Source: a virus
Virus record (IMG/VR): IMGVR_UViG_3300021400_000097
Direction: 5' to 3' (one strand)
Length of the DNA: 58,464 nt
Shown in pieces: positions 35,302 through 44,730 of the stretch. The notes beneath the pieces were generated by a model. That model was not told the origin of the DNA, ran no database searches, and saw nothing but the letters and a program-made list of their open reading frames with translations. The stretch's first letter is position 1. Each line of letters opens with the position of its first letter. The position numbers and the translations under genes were made by a program.

Positions 35302-35817
35302 TCAGTAAGTATTTTTATGTTTATATTCAAGTTGGATCCCAGATCCGTTACACTCCACCTGGGCATCACCATACACATTCACAAACACCTTTGCATTAGT
35401 TCCAGCCACGGCTAAATAGAGGTGTGAGTTATCGAAAACGTCTATAGTCACGTTGGCAAAATCCTCCACGTTCACAGCTGCCTGAGAGGTGTGCCTGACA
35501 AACAGCCTGGAAACGCTGTAGCCTGTGTATTTCAACAGAGCCTTGCACTCACCATTGAGCACAGCATTAGGCAGATTCTCTTTGATCACCTCATCATCGA
35601 CAAAGCCACCGTAAGGCTCTGCCTTACCCTTGAAATTCTGGCGCATAAACTCCAGTGTAGGGTAGTCATTCTTGACACAGAAATCTATGCCTTTGATAAA
35701 TAGTTTAACCAGAGCCTCAATATCTCTGCTACCCTTTAGTTTCAGCTGATAAAGCTGGCACAAACCCTTTGTCACGCCATCAGCCCTGAGTTGGTTTACA
35801 AGTTCTTTCTGTTCCAT
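35302..35817 (-). CDS. Hypothetical protein (171 aa) between the tape measure and Dit genes
   Basis: ATG start 1 nt after the tape-measure stop. Confidence 0.55.
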   Translation of the reverse strand: MEQKELVNQLRADGVTKGLCQLYQLKLKGSRDIEALVKLFIKGIDFCVKNDYPTLEFMRQNFKGKAEPYGGFVDDEVIKENLPNAVLNGECKALLKYTGYSVSRLFVRHTSQAAVNVEDFANVTIDVFDNSHLYLAVAGTNAKVFVNVYGDAQVECNGSGIQLEYKHKNTY

Positions 35818-35818
35818 A

Positions 35819-38800
35819 TTATGCTATACCTTGTGAAAGTAATGAGCTACCACTGTTCCTGATAGCCTGTAATTCCGTTTTGATACCTTTGAGCTCCGAG
35901 ACGGTGTTTGCCGTATTCTGGCTGATCTGTGCCTGGTAGATCAGGATAGCCCTCAGCTGGGCTGTCTGGTCTGCCTGGTTGATGATAAAGGCATTGAGCC
36001 TACCAGCAATAATGCCACCTGTATCTTCGCTCATACTCATCACAGCACCAGTGAGAGGATCCGTATTCTCCTCCACATCCTTGATCCAGTCACCAATACC
36101 CTCCAGAGCCTGGTTAAAGAGGTTTCCAGCCTGGTTTACCATAGTGGTGAAATGCTGCCTCTCAGTGTCTGACAGAGAGCCGTCACGCAAAGATTCACCC
36201 AGGTAATCTACAGCATCGTTGATACCCTTTGCCAGGAACTGACGCTTTAATGATTCCACAACAGCCTTTTTCAGCACCTCCTTAGTCTTTTCACCCAGAG
36301 CCACTGCTGCATCCTCACCCTGGCAGTAGGCATCCACCAGAGCATCTGCAAACTCATCAATGGCAGACTTAACATCGGTACCAGCTAACAGCTCTATCTC
36401 CTGGCGGTGTAGATCCTCTATCTGGCTGTCAATATCCTTGATGTTTTCCTCCCATTTCTGGATCTGATCCCAGTCGGTATCTTTCTTATCCTTTTCAGCC
36501 TCAATCTGCCGTTTGATCAGCTCCTGCTGCTGCCTGAGGTTTTCTTTCTGCACCTCAAAAAGATCCAGACTGTCACCAGTATTCTTGACTTTCTCCAGGG
36601 TGTACTGGAGCTCCTTGATCTGCTTGTTATATTCTGCAACCTTTCCAAATTCCCATGCCCAGGAGGCTGCTGCTGCCTGTTGCTGTAATGTAGCAATCTG
36701 ATCCTCCACAGCCTTAACCCTCATCCTGTAGGCTTGCTCCTCCTCATCAGTGAACTCCCAATAGGTGTGTGACATCACATTCTGGAGGCGGTTGAAAGCA
36801 CTACCCAGGCTGTCAATCTGCCTCTGGTAGCCCTCAATCTCCTCCTGGAGCTCATCATCATTATTGAACAGGGTAGCGATCCACTGAATAGCGGAAAGAG
36901 CCATAGATATTGCAGCCAGTATCACAGAGGCTTTTTCAGCTGTCTTGATAGCTGCTGCCATAGCAATACCAGCCTGGGTAACACCCATGATCATATCCAT
37001 TGTAGCCTTACCATTGTCACCGATCAAGTCACCCAGTACGGAACAGCTGCTGATAGCATCATTAACGAAATCAAAGCATCCCTGTGTGGCATTACTCAGG
37101 TCTTTCCAGTCTGTCTTGATCTGCTTTGATGTTTTCTTGGATCCATCCTGCTGTTTCTTGAATACGTTGGTAAGAGCTGTGCCCAGAGCCTTGAATGGGT
37201 TAGTGTCGAGCACTTTCTTCTTTGCCTCATCAAGTTTATCCATCACTGCTTTCAGATCGGCTGGATTCATTTTCAGATCGGCTGTGCTCATCCTCTTACG
37301 AATGTCGGCAATCAGTTTTTCAATCTGATCCACTGTCAGGGAATCCAGATCGCTAAACAGGTCTTTCCAGCTGTCTGTCTGCATCAGCATCTGTGCATTG
37401 AGGGCTGAAAGAGCCTCAGCCTCTGCCTGGTTGATCTGAGCCAGGCGATCAGCATCACCCTGTTTCATAGCCTCGTTTCTCAGTAGCGTGTACTCCTGGG
37501 TGATAGATAGCTTTTTCTCCTCAAAGGTACGGTAGTTATTCAGCACCTCATCAGATACCTGTTGGTTAAGATCTGTTTCCTGGTTTTCCAGGCTGTAGGC
37601 TGCTGCTGCTGCATCATCCTCATTGAGGTGGAAATCACCACGTGCAAGGCGATCTTTCAGATCCTGGACTGCCTGGAGCTTTTCAGCAAGCGTCTGAGCC
37701 TGACCTACAGCCCTCTGTAGGCTTTCCTTGAACTGATCCATAGCTGTCTTATTGCCAGCTATCTCATCTTTCTGGAGCTTTAGGGCATTGAGGGCATTGG
37801 CATCACCATCTGTAAGCGTGCCAGCTGCCTGTTTAGCCTCCAGATCCGCTATCTGCTTATTCACCCAGGATGTAAAGCTGGATCCCTCAGCAATGAGCGT
37901 TTTGAAATGGCTGTCAGCAACCTCCTGACCTACATTCTTTACCCAGTTGAAATATGCCTGGTACTGCCTTTTCTTATACTCTATCTCTCCATCAAAGAGC
38001 TTTGTACTCTCAGTATCGTAAGACTGCTTTTCCAGGTTTCTCCTCTCCTGGAAAGCTGCTCTCTCATTAGCGGACAAACCACCTTTCTTACCAGCCCTCT
38101 TATAGGCATTCTCCAGCTCTTTCTCCTCTTTGTTGATACGATCCAGAGCCTCCTGGTGCTGGAGATCCAGAGCTGCCTTTCGCTTAGCATAGCCCTCCTC
38201 CATAACCTGGATCCGTGCCTCCTCCAGCTTACGCTGTGCCTCCAGCTGTTTCTGTGCAAGCTGTTCCGCACTGTTCGCAGCACTGCCAGAGCCACCAGAG
38301 CCACCCCTACCTGTTTTCTTGGTAAGGTTATTCCTATCCATTTTCTCCTGGAGCTGTAGGATCTGCTTAGCATTCTCAGCACGTTTCTTGTTACCATACT
38401 CCAGTGTTGCATTCTCCTCCCTGAGAGCCTTGATCCTGGCTTGTATTCCCTCATCAGTATTGAGGTTATTGGTCTTAGTGGTGACAGCACCATTGAGCTG
38501 TGCCTGGAGCCCTAACAGCTCCTGGAGTTTCGCTTTGAGAGCGTCTAACTGGCTTGGATTGGTCTTAGGATCAATGATCTTAGCATTGAGCTTATCAATC
38601 TCATCCTGGTTTTCCTTGATCTTCTTATCCAGATCCTCAAAGCTCATTTCAACATAGTTGGTGCTCTCCACTACAGGAGTAGCATCCTTAGGTGCAAAGA
38701 ATTTACTGAGTGAAGTATCAACACGGTTGATGGTATCATCCATTTCCTTTGCCTTAGCGATCTGATCATTGAGGTAGGTTTCCACATGGTATTTCAAACC

Positions 38801-41209
38801 CTTTATCTCTGCATCAGTTGCTCCAGTTGCCTCCTTTGTTGCAGCCAGGATCTGCTGTACCGTCTTATTGAAAAGCTCAGTGGTATCTCCGTTGGTACCA
38901 GCAATGATCTTAGCATTCTCCTCAACGATAGAACGGATGGCATCCTGTACCTCCTTTTGCATATTCTGGATGCTCTCAGCATCAGCCATAACATGGATAG
39001 TGTAGGTTTCACCGTTATCTTTTACCTCATGTGTTCTACCAGTATCGTACTGTGCGTGCTCCAGACGATTAGTAAACTTTGTAAAAGCCTCATCGGATGC
39101 TTTGATGTAATCCTGTACGGCTTGCTCCACATACTTACCCTTGATCTTCTCAGCTGTTGTTTCCTGGATGGCTTTTGTAAGCTCATGGTATTTCAGCTTT
39201 TGCTCATCAATGGTGGCATTCTCATCCAGCAAGGTCTTATTGTACTCCTTACATATAGCATTAACCTTTTCAATGGCATCCTTATGTGTCTTTGTCTCTT
39301 TGTCGGTACTCTGGAGGATGGCAAAAAGCAGATGGAGCTGGTCGATCTCCTCTTTGGTAGTTTTCTGGAAATCACCCATCACATCAGCTGCCTCCTCCTC
39401 CTCGTTTCCAAAGAGCGTAATGGCAGAAATAACAGTGCCAATGATCGTTACCAGCCAGCCGATAGGATTAGCCAGCATGGTAGCCCAGAGAGCCCTGAGA
39501 GCCATTGTAGCCTTAGTGGTAGCCACGCTAAGGAAATTGGTGGCTGTAGTCTGTACTGTCTTAGCTGCTGTGTCTGTCTGGGATGCTACAGTGGACTGCC
39601 TGGTGGCTGTAGTCTCCAGGATCTTTTTCTTTGTGTGGAAATCAGTCTGAGCTGCCAGGGCTGCTTTCCTGGTTATTGCCTGGTTATCCTGTGCTGCCTC
39701 CAGCTTTTTCTCTGCTGTTGCAATGGCAGTGGCATCACCAGTCTGCTTTGCCCAATACACCTCATAGCGTGCTGCCTCAGTACGCTGCATGGCTGCTACT
39801 GCTGCTGCCTTTGTGGATTCAACCCTCCTGGCTGCTGCTGACACATCAGCACGCATGGCATCCAGGGTAGCGGTGGTGTTGGCTCTCTTAGCCAGTACCT
39901 CCTGTTCCAGGGCTGATCGGTATATGGCACTGTTGGCACTCAGATCCAGCTTGCTTACGCTCATCCTTTGCTCAACGGAAAGAACGCTCATAGCTGCTGC
40001 CTCATAGCCCTCTGAGCTGGTTGTGAGCCCCAGGTTAGATATGTACTCCTGCTGCTGGGCTGTGAGTAGGCTCTGGATGGTGGCTATCCTCAGGTTTTTC
40101 TGGATGGTAGCAAGCTCCTCTGCTGTGAGCTCCTTTTCCAGAGTGGCAATGTGAGCCTCCTGAGCTGCTTGCATGGCTTTGGTCTGGGCTGCAACCTGGC
40201 CTGTGGCAACTGCCTCAGCTTTCATCAGTCCGATCTTAGCCTGTCTTACCGTGTTGTCGATCAGGGCAACACCAGTATAACCCTTAGTAGCAAGGGTATT
40301 GAGCACAATGGCTGCTTTGTATGATCCGTAGGATATAACAATAGCCTCCAGAATATCCAGGATCTTCTGGTAATTCTCCACCAGGTAGGTAGCACTGCTG
40401 ATAGCACCAGCAAATACATCCTGATTGGATGTGCCTATATCATTCAGCATACCATCCCAGGCATCCTCCAGATTGGAGATCATACCAGTAAGGGATGCTG
40501 ACTGCTTTTCCATAAGGTTGTAGAACTGACCACCAGCATCCGTGAGGCTGTTGATCACCTTTTCTACATCAGGGAATCCGATCTTACCAGCTGATACCAT
40601 ATTGTTGATCTCCTCAGCTGTAACACCGTACATCTTAGCCAGCTCCTTAACCAGAGGAATACCACGCCCTGTGAACTGCCTAACATCCTGTGCATAGAGC
40701 CTACCCTGTACCATCGTGGTACCATACAGGTAAACTATATCATTGAGAGGAATAGAGAGGCCTGAGGCTATGTTTCCCAGACGTACCAGGGTGTCATTCA
40801 CCTTATCTGCTGCCTCACCATAAGCGAGTAACTGTTTTGCACCTGAGGCAACACCCATCAGGTCAAAAGGCGTGTGGGCTGCTGTGTCTATCATCTGATC
40901 CATCAGAGCCTTTGCCTTTTGCTCGTTACCCAGCATGGTACCAAAAGCAATCTCCAGCTGCTGGAATTGTCCCCTAACCTGTACTATGCTGTTTAGTAAG
41001 CCAGTCATTCCCTGGCCTACCAAATAGGCTTGAATATACATGGCACCTTTCTGGGCAAAGTCTAACATACTTTGCTCCATAGCCTCGGCCTCTATCTGTG
41101 TTGTGGTAGATACCTGTCTAATGTGTCTCTCCATAGCATCGGCAGACACATTGAAATCATTTATATCTAAAGTGGCTACAAAGCCTAAACCTCCATTGAT
41201 ATTCTCCAT
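35819..41209 (-). CDS. Tape measure protein (1796 aa)
   Basis: Size, an Ala/Gln/Glu-rich helical composition, central hydrophobic segments, and a position directly after the chaperone G/GT pair. Confidence 0.85.
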   Translation of the reverse strand: MENINGGLGFVATLDINDFNVSADAMERHIRQVSTTTQIEAEAMEQSMLDFAQKGAMYIQAYLVGQGMTGLLNSIVQVRGQFQQLEIAFGTMLGNEQKAKALMDQMIDTAAHTPFDLMGVASGAKQLLAYGEAADKVNDTLVRLGNIASGLSIPLNDIVYLYGTTMVQGRLYAQDVRQFTGRGIPLVKELAKMYGVTAEEINNMVSAGKIGFPDVEKVINSLTDAGGQFYNLMEKQSASLTGMISNLEDAWDGMLNDIGTSNQDVFAGAISSATYLVENYQKILDILEAIVISYGSYKAAIVLNTLATKGYTGVALIDNTVRQAKIGLMKAEAVATGQVAAQTKAMQAAQEAHIATLEKELTAEELATIQKNLRIATIQSLLTAQQQEYISNLGLTTSSEGYEAAAMSVLSVEQRMSVSKLDLSANSAIYRSALEQEVLAKRANTTATLDAMRADVSAAARRVESTKAAAVAAMQRTEAARYEVYWAKQTGDATAIATAEKKLEAAQDNQAITRKAALAAQTDFHTKKKILETTATRQSTVASQTDTAAKTVQTTATNFLSVATTKATMALRALWATMLANPIGWLVTIIGTVISAITLFGNEEEEAADVMGDFQKTTKEEIDQLHLLFAILQSTDKETKTHKDAIEKVNAICKEYNKTLLDENATIDEQKLKYHELTKAIQETTAEKIKGKYVEQAVQDYIKASDEAFTKFTNRLEHAQYDTGRTHEVKDNGETYTIHVMADAESIQNMQKEVQDAIRSIVEENAKIIAGTNGDTTELFNKTVQQILAATKEATGATDAEIKGLKYHVETYLNDQIAKAKEMDDTINRVDTSLSKFFAPKDATPVVESTNYVEMSFEDLDKKIKENQDEIDKLNAKIIDPKTNPSQLDALKAKLQELLGLQAQLNGAVTTKTNNLNTDEGIQARIKALREENATLEYGNKKRAENAKQILQLQEKMDRNNLTKKTGRGGSGGSGSAANSAEQLAQKQLEAQRKLEEARIQVMEEGYAKRKAALDLQHQEALDRINKEEKELENAYKRAGKKGGLSANERAAFQERRNLEKQSYDTESTKLFDGEIEYKKRQYQAYFNWVKNVGQEVADSHFKTLIAEGSSFTSWVNKQIADLEAKQAAGTLTDGDANALNALKLQKDEIAGNKTAMDQFKESLQRAVGQAQTLAEKLQAVQDLKDRLARGDFHLNEDDAAAAAYSLENQETDLNQQVSDEVLNNYRTFEEKKLSITQEYTLLRNEAMKQGDADRLAQINQAEAEALSALNAQMLMQTDSWKDLFSDLDSLTVDQIEKLIADIRKRMSTADLKMNPADLKAVMDKLDEAKKKVLDTNPFKALGTALTNVFKKQQDGSKKTSKQIKTDWKDLSNATQGCFDFVNDAISSCSVLGDLIGDNGKATMDMIMGVTQAGIAMAAAIKTAEKASVILAAISMALSAIQWIATLFNNDDELQEEIEGYQRQIDSLGSAFNRLQNVMSHTYWEFTDEEEQAYRMRVKAVEDQIATLQQQAAAASWAWEFGKVAEYNKQIKELQYTLEKVKNTGDSLDLFEVQKENLRQQQELIKRQIEAEKDKKDTDWDQIQKWEENIKDIDSQIEDLHRQEIELLAGTDVKSAIDEFADALVDAYCQGEDAAVALGEKTKEVLKKAVVESLKRQFLAKGINDAVDYLGESLRDGSLSDTERQHFTTMVNQAGNLFNQALEGIGDWIKDVEENTDPLTGAVMSMSEDTGGIIAGRLNAFIINQADQTAQLRAILIYQAQISQNTANTVSELKGIKTELQAIRNSGSSLLSQGIA

Positions 41210-42095
41210 TACAAATTATTTTGAATAAAGTTCTTTATATCTTCTTTAGATGTCAGTTTCTGAGGTACTATACCGCCATTATCATCCTCCTCAGAGGATT
41301 CTGTATCAAGGATCCTGGCACTGTCAGCAAGAATCATCTGCACGTTCATCCAGGATATTTTCCAGAGCAAGTAGTCATAAGTCCATCCGTATGCTTTACA
41401 GATCTCTCCACGGCTACCCCACGGACTGTTAAGCCCTATTACTCTACCAGATTTGCCCTGTCTTTCGGTTTCGTTGTCCCGATCTCCCTTATTGATCTGA
41501 TAGAGGACGTAAAACCCCCAGCGTTCATCATCTGGCTAATCACGTCTGCCAGCCTTTTGAGCCTGGAAACATTAAGATTCTCCACAAAGAACTTGGAGAG
41601 AGCCTTAACCTCCTTGCTGTCTGTGTCAGCCACGGTGGGATTGTTGAGGACTGCAACAGCAGCGATCTTTGCCACCAGAGGGATATACTTGAACAGCTTT
41701 TTGGTTTCCTGGATCGGCTGATCCTGGATCAGCTCCTCATCAAACTCAATCTGTAGGTAGAGCTTTCTGAGGCAGTCAATGGTACCCAGGTACAGAGGCT
41801 TGATAACAAAGTTCCTGACGTACACATCTTTCATCTTACCCAGTTCTGGATCTGGCAAACTCTCAACGCTCACATTCCAGTCCTTAGGGATTCGCTTATC
41901 CCTCCACACCTTGACGTGGTTAGGAAAGTGTTTATTCCACCACAGGATCCTCTTAGGAGGATTCACTGGGTTAATCTTCAAAGGCACAGAGAATTTCACG
42001 CCCATTTCGATCAGAGCGTTTATAGCTTTCTCCTCCAGCTCCAGCTGTTGCTCTCTGGTAAGCTCCTCTGTTACTTTTTCCTTGTTTTCTTCCAT
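41209..42095 (-). CDS. Tail assembly chaperone pair: G (41439..42095) and the G-T fusion made by a -1 programmed frameshift
   Basis: The -1 frame opens 5 codons before the slippery site. It then stays open for about 100 codons and stops at TAA 41211-41209, which overlaps the tape-measure ATG (TAATG). Confidence 0.75.
41511..41517 (-). other. Slippery heptamer G GGT TTT (X XXY YYZ) for the -1 ribosomal frameshift
   Basis: Zero-frame codons are ggg ggt ttt acg (..AGGFT..). After the slip the reading continues YVLYQINKGDRDNETERQGKSG... Confidence 0.7.
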
Positions 42096-42174
42096 AATGC
42101 TTTCTGTTTAATGAAAGAAAGCCCCCTACCAGGGGATAGGAGGCTTTCCAAAGTAATGTTTGGATGAGAGAGGC

Positions 42175-42696
42175 TTAACCCTCTTGACCGTTACTACCAG
42201 CGTTTACGGTGTAATTCTCAGCATACTTTACAGCAAGCGTAGGATTAGCCGTTACATCCAGGAGGGTGATACCCTTCTTAGAGTAGGTGGTGTTCTTTTT
42301 GGCAGACACAGACGCACATGGAATGAGGAGTGTATCACCAGCATCAGGCACGATCACGAAAGCCATTTCGATCTGCTCAGCAGTCTCAGGCTCTGTGTAG
42401 GTCTTAGCCTGTGCATCGTAGGTACCACCCTCAAAGTCTGCACGCTCCTGCTTGCTCGGATCCATGATAGAGAAAACCAGGTCGCTACCCTCCTTAGTTT
42501 TCATCACGATCTTCTTTGAGCTGGTTTCTGACTTGTGCTCAGTGATGGTAGCATCCTTATCCACGAAAGAGCACGTGTCCTGGTAAACATCTACAGGTGT
42601 CATACCAGTGGTGGGAACCTGTGAACGATCAGTATCGTTTGCGCCCCACACCTTGTAATAGAGGGCTTTAATGCCCATAGTTGCTAAAACTGGCAT
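42175..42696 (-). CDS. Major tail protein candidate (173 aa)
   Basis: Assigned from its position upstream of the chaperone genes, and from size and composition. No motif-level proof. Confidence 0.55.
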   Translation of the reverse strand: MPVLATMGIKALYYKVWGANDTDRSQVPTTGMTPVDVYQDTCSFVDKDATITEHKSETSSKKIVMKTKEGSDLVFSIMDPSKQERADFEGGTYDAQAKTYTEPETAEQIEMAFVIVPDAGDTLLIPCASVSAKKNTTYSKKGITLLDVTANPTLAVKYAENYTVNAGSNGQEG

Positions 42697-42715
42697 AATC
42701 TTTAAGTTTTAATTG

Positions 42716-43153
42716 TTATACGTTGTTCTTTTGTCTTACGGTTATCTCCAGGGCTATAGAAACAAAGTGCTCATCATGGCCTTGCTCTTTCATAGGTGGA
42801 TTGATCAGTCCTATTGACCAGTTCCAACCCTCCTCCACCTGAAAGTGGTTTTTCAGAGCGTCTATAACAGCTTTCTTTAGCTCTATCAGCCTGGGAAAGT
42901 TCTTTCTGTAAACAGTATTCGGCTGGATCGTGTTGCTTTTCAGATCAGGCACATGGATATTGATATTGATCTGGCCGTTTCTCACCGATCCCTCACCCTG
43001 GATGGTGCGAGGAATGATGATAATACCATCAGTGGTATAGTCTGATCTCTCATAGTCTATCTGATTGTCTGGATCAGACAGCAGAGAGTTTATCTGAGCA
43101 TCACCCAGGAGGGTGTCCCTGACTACTACAGCTATTTCCTCAGTTGTTATCAT
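42716..43153 (-). CDS. Tail terminator / tail completion protein candidate (145 aa)
   Basis: Gene order in the neck module. ATGA overlap with the upstream gene. Confidence 0.45.
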   Translation of the reverse strand: MITTEEIAVVVRDTLLGDAQINSLLSDPDNQIDYERSDYTTDGIIIIPRTIQGEGSVRNGQININIHVPDLKSNTIQPNTVYRKNFPRLIELKKAVIDALKNHFQVEEGWNWSIGLINPPMKEQGHDEHFVSIALEITVRQKNNV

Positions 43154-43614
43154 TTGCCAAATAATTCAGTTGCCTTTTTGTTTGCCAGATCTTTCAGCCT
43201 CTGGATGGTTTGTGGAAAATCGCTCATTGCTTTAAGCTGGGCTGGCAGAATAACATCGTACCCTTTAGCCTCTACATAGGCAGCGTAATTCATTCCTGCT
43301 ACAATGATGAGTGAGAAAGAGTTTGTGAGCTTTGCAGCCATCTGTTGAGCCACTTTCAAGCCCTCAGCAGCTCCCTCTCCAGGCTGGATTTCCCCACCAT
43401 AGGTAACAATCTTTCCTTGCTTTACCACGGCATAGCCTATAGAGTTTGTGAGGTTGCCTGTCTGATCAGTGTATGTGTGGTGATCCTTAGCGTACTTTGC
43501 AAGCTCCTCACCTAAGTACTGGAGCTGAAACACAGTAGCTTTCTCCAGGCGTTCCTGAAAGGCTTTCACCTGACCTGCCACAAAACCGTCACCAAACGTA
43601 GGCTTTATCCCCAT
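43150..43614 (-). CDS. HK97 gp10-like neck protein candidate (154 aa)
   Basis: Gene order. The N-terminal pattern GFVAGQVKAFQERLEKA is similar to gp10-family proteins (recalled). Confidence 0.45.
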   Translation of the reverse strand: MGIKPTFGDGFVAGQVKAFQERLEKATVFQLQYLGEELAKYAKDHHTYTDQTGNLTNSIGYAVVKQGKIVTYGGEIQPGEGAAEGLKVAQQMAAKLTNSFSLIIVAGMNYAAYVEAKGYDVILPAQLKAMSDFPQTIQRLKDLANKKATELFGK

Positions 43615-43937
43615 AGCTCAATGTATCTCCTGTTCTGGTTATCCACGCCCTGGATAGTAAAGACATCCACGCTGCCATCCTCCATCGTTATCTCCACAAC
43701 AGTGCCAATGCGAAAGTCACCATCATGGAAAGGTCTCTGGATAAACAGATCCCAGGTATAGGAGTGGATTTGCCCATCCGTTCCCTGGATCTGCTTTGCT
43801 GGTATGTGTTTGTCGATCTGGCACCTACCGCCATCAGCCCATTCACCATCACCCCCACCAGTCAGAAAACCAGTCTTGGGATCCTTTGTCGGCTCCTGAG
43901 CGTTTTTGTATCTGAAAGTGCCATTGTACCTACCCAT
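43605..43937 (-). CDS. Head closure / head-tail adaptor candidate (110 aa)
   Basis: Gene order only. Confidence 0.45.
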   Translation of the reverse strand: MGRYNGTFRYKNAQEPTKDPKTGFLTGGGDGEWADGGRCQIDKHIPAKQIQGTDGQIHSYTWDLFIQRPFHDGDFRIGTVVEITMEDGSVDVFTIQGVDNQNRRYIELWG

Positions 43938-43940
43938 AGC

Positions 43941-44270
43941 TTACCATCTGTTAGATCCATCCTCAACTGTAGGAACTCCCACAAAATCATCCTCCAGGCC
44001 GTTCTCATCAGCCAGTGCCTTAATGCGTTTCTCCAGCTTATCAACCTGGTAGCCTTGTGAGCTTTTACCCTGGCTGTCAGAGGAGAGCACAATGAGCTTT
44101 CTGAGCACAATGATTGCAGCCTTAGCGATCTGCTTTTTATCAGCAGCTGTGTACTCCTCATCGGAGTTATCCACACCAGCGTCTTTCAGGCTCTTTGTCA
44201 GAGCTGCTGGGCTGGCGGTGTACGGCTCCAGCTCACCGATCAGAGCATCATATTTTGTGAAAGTTCCCAT
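43941..44270 (-). CDS. Head-tail connector candidate (109 aa)
   Basis: Gene order only. Confidence 0.45.
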   Translation of the reverse strand: MGTFTKYDALIGELEPYTASPAALTKSLKDAGVDNSDEEYTAADKKQIAKAAIIVLRKLIVLSSDSQGKSSQGYQVDKLEKRIKALADENGLEDDFVGVPTVEDGSNRW

Positions 44271-44275
44271 AGTCT

Positions 44276-44701
44276 TTAGTCTGTTACGTTAAGTTTCTCT
44301 TTGAGGGCAGCAGCCTGTTCCTCTGAGAGCTCCCCGATCTTCTTAGTGAGGCCGTTTACACCAGCGTTAGGTGCTACAGCTACACCAGCAGCGATCAGGG
44401 CATTCTTGATCTCCTGAGGATCATACTCCTTACCATCAAATACTACCTTACCTGGTGTTACCTCGTTACCTTTGCCATCGGCTCCAGCACCATCAGCACC
44501 AGCACCGTTAGCATTCTCCTCAGGAACACCCACTGTTTCAATCTTAGCCAAACCACGCTTGACCAGATCGTTTACCCTGGAGAGATCATCCGTTTCCAGA
44601 TGATCCCCAGGATTATAGACGGTCTTGTGATCTGACTTATCCTTGAATTGCTCCACTACCAGGAGCACAAACAGGATAGAGGTTGTGATCAGCTTTTTCA
44701 T
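44276..44701 (-). CDS. Hypothetical protein with an N-terminal hydrophobic leader and a GAGADG repeat (141 aa)
   Basis: MKKLITTSILFVLLVVEQF leader, then GAGADGAGADGKG, then a helical C-terminus. Located between the capsid and connector genes. Confidence 0.5.
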   Translation of the reverse strand: MKKLITTSILFVLLVVEQFKDKSDHKTVYNPGDHLETDDLSRVNDLVKRGLAKIETVGVPEENANGAGADGAGADGKGNEVTPGKVVFDGKEYDPQEIKNALIAAGVAVAPNAGVNGLTKKIGELSEEQAAALKEKLNVTD

Positions 44702-44730
44702 TTCTATTCGCTTATTAGTTGGTTAGACGA

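Noticed and set aside
38786-39841. 351-aa plus-strand ORF inside the tape measure gene. Similar long antisense ORFs occur at 26097..27107, 14117..14875, 20058..20714, 48004..48876 and 55346..55870.
   Set aside because: These are shadow ORFs opposite long, well-supported genes. Their products are Cys/Leu/Ser-rich and low-complexity, with no motifs and no independent start or promoter context.
41221-41721. 166-aa plus-strand ORF in the apparent gap between the chaperone and tape measure genes.
   Set aside because: It has a TTG start and lies opposite the -1 frame extension of the chaperone, which explains the region better (slippery heptamer, stop overlapping the tape-measure ATG).
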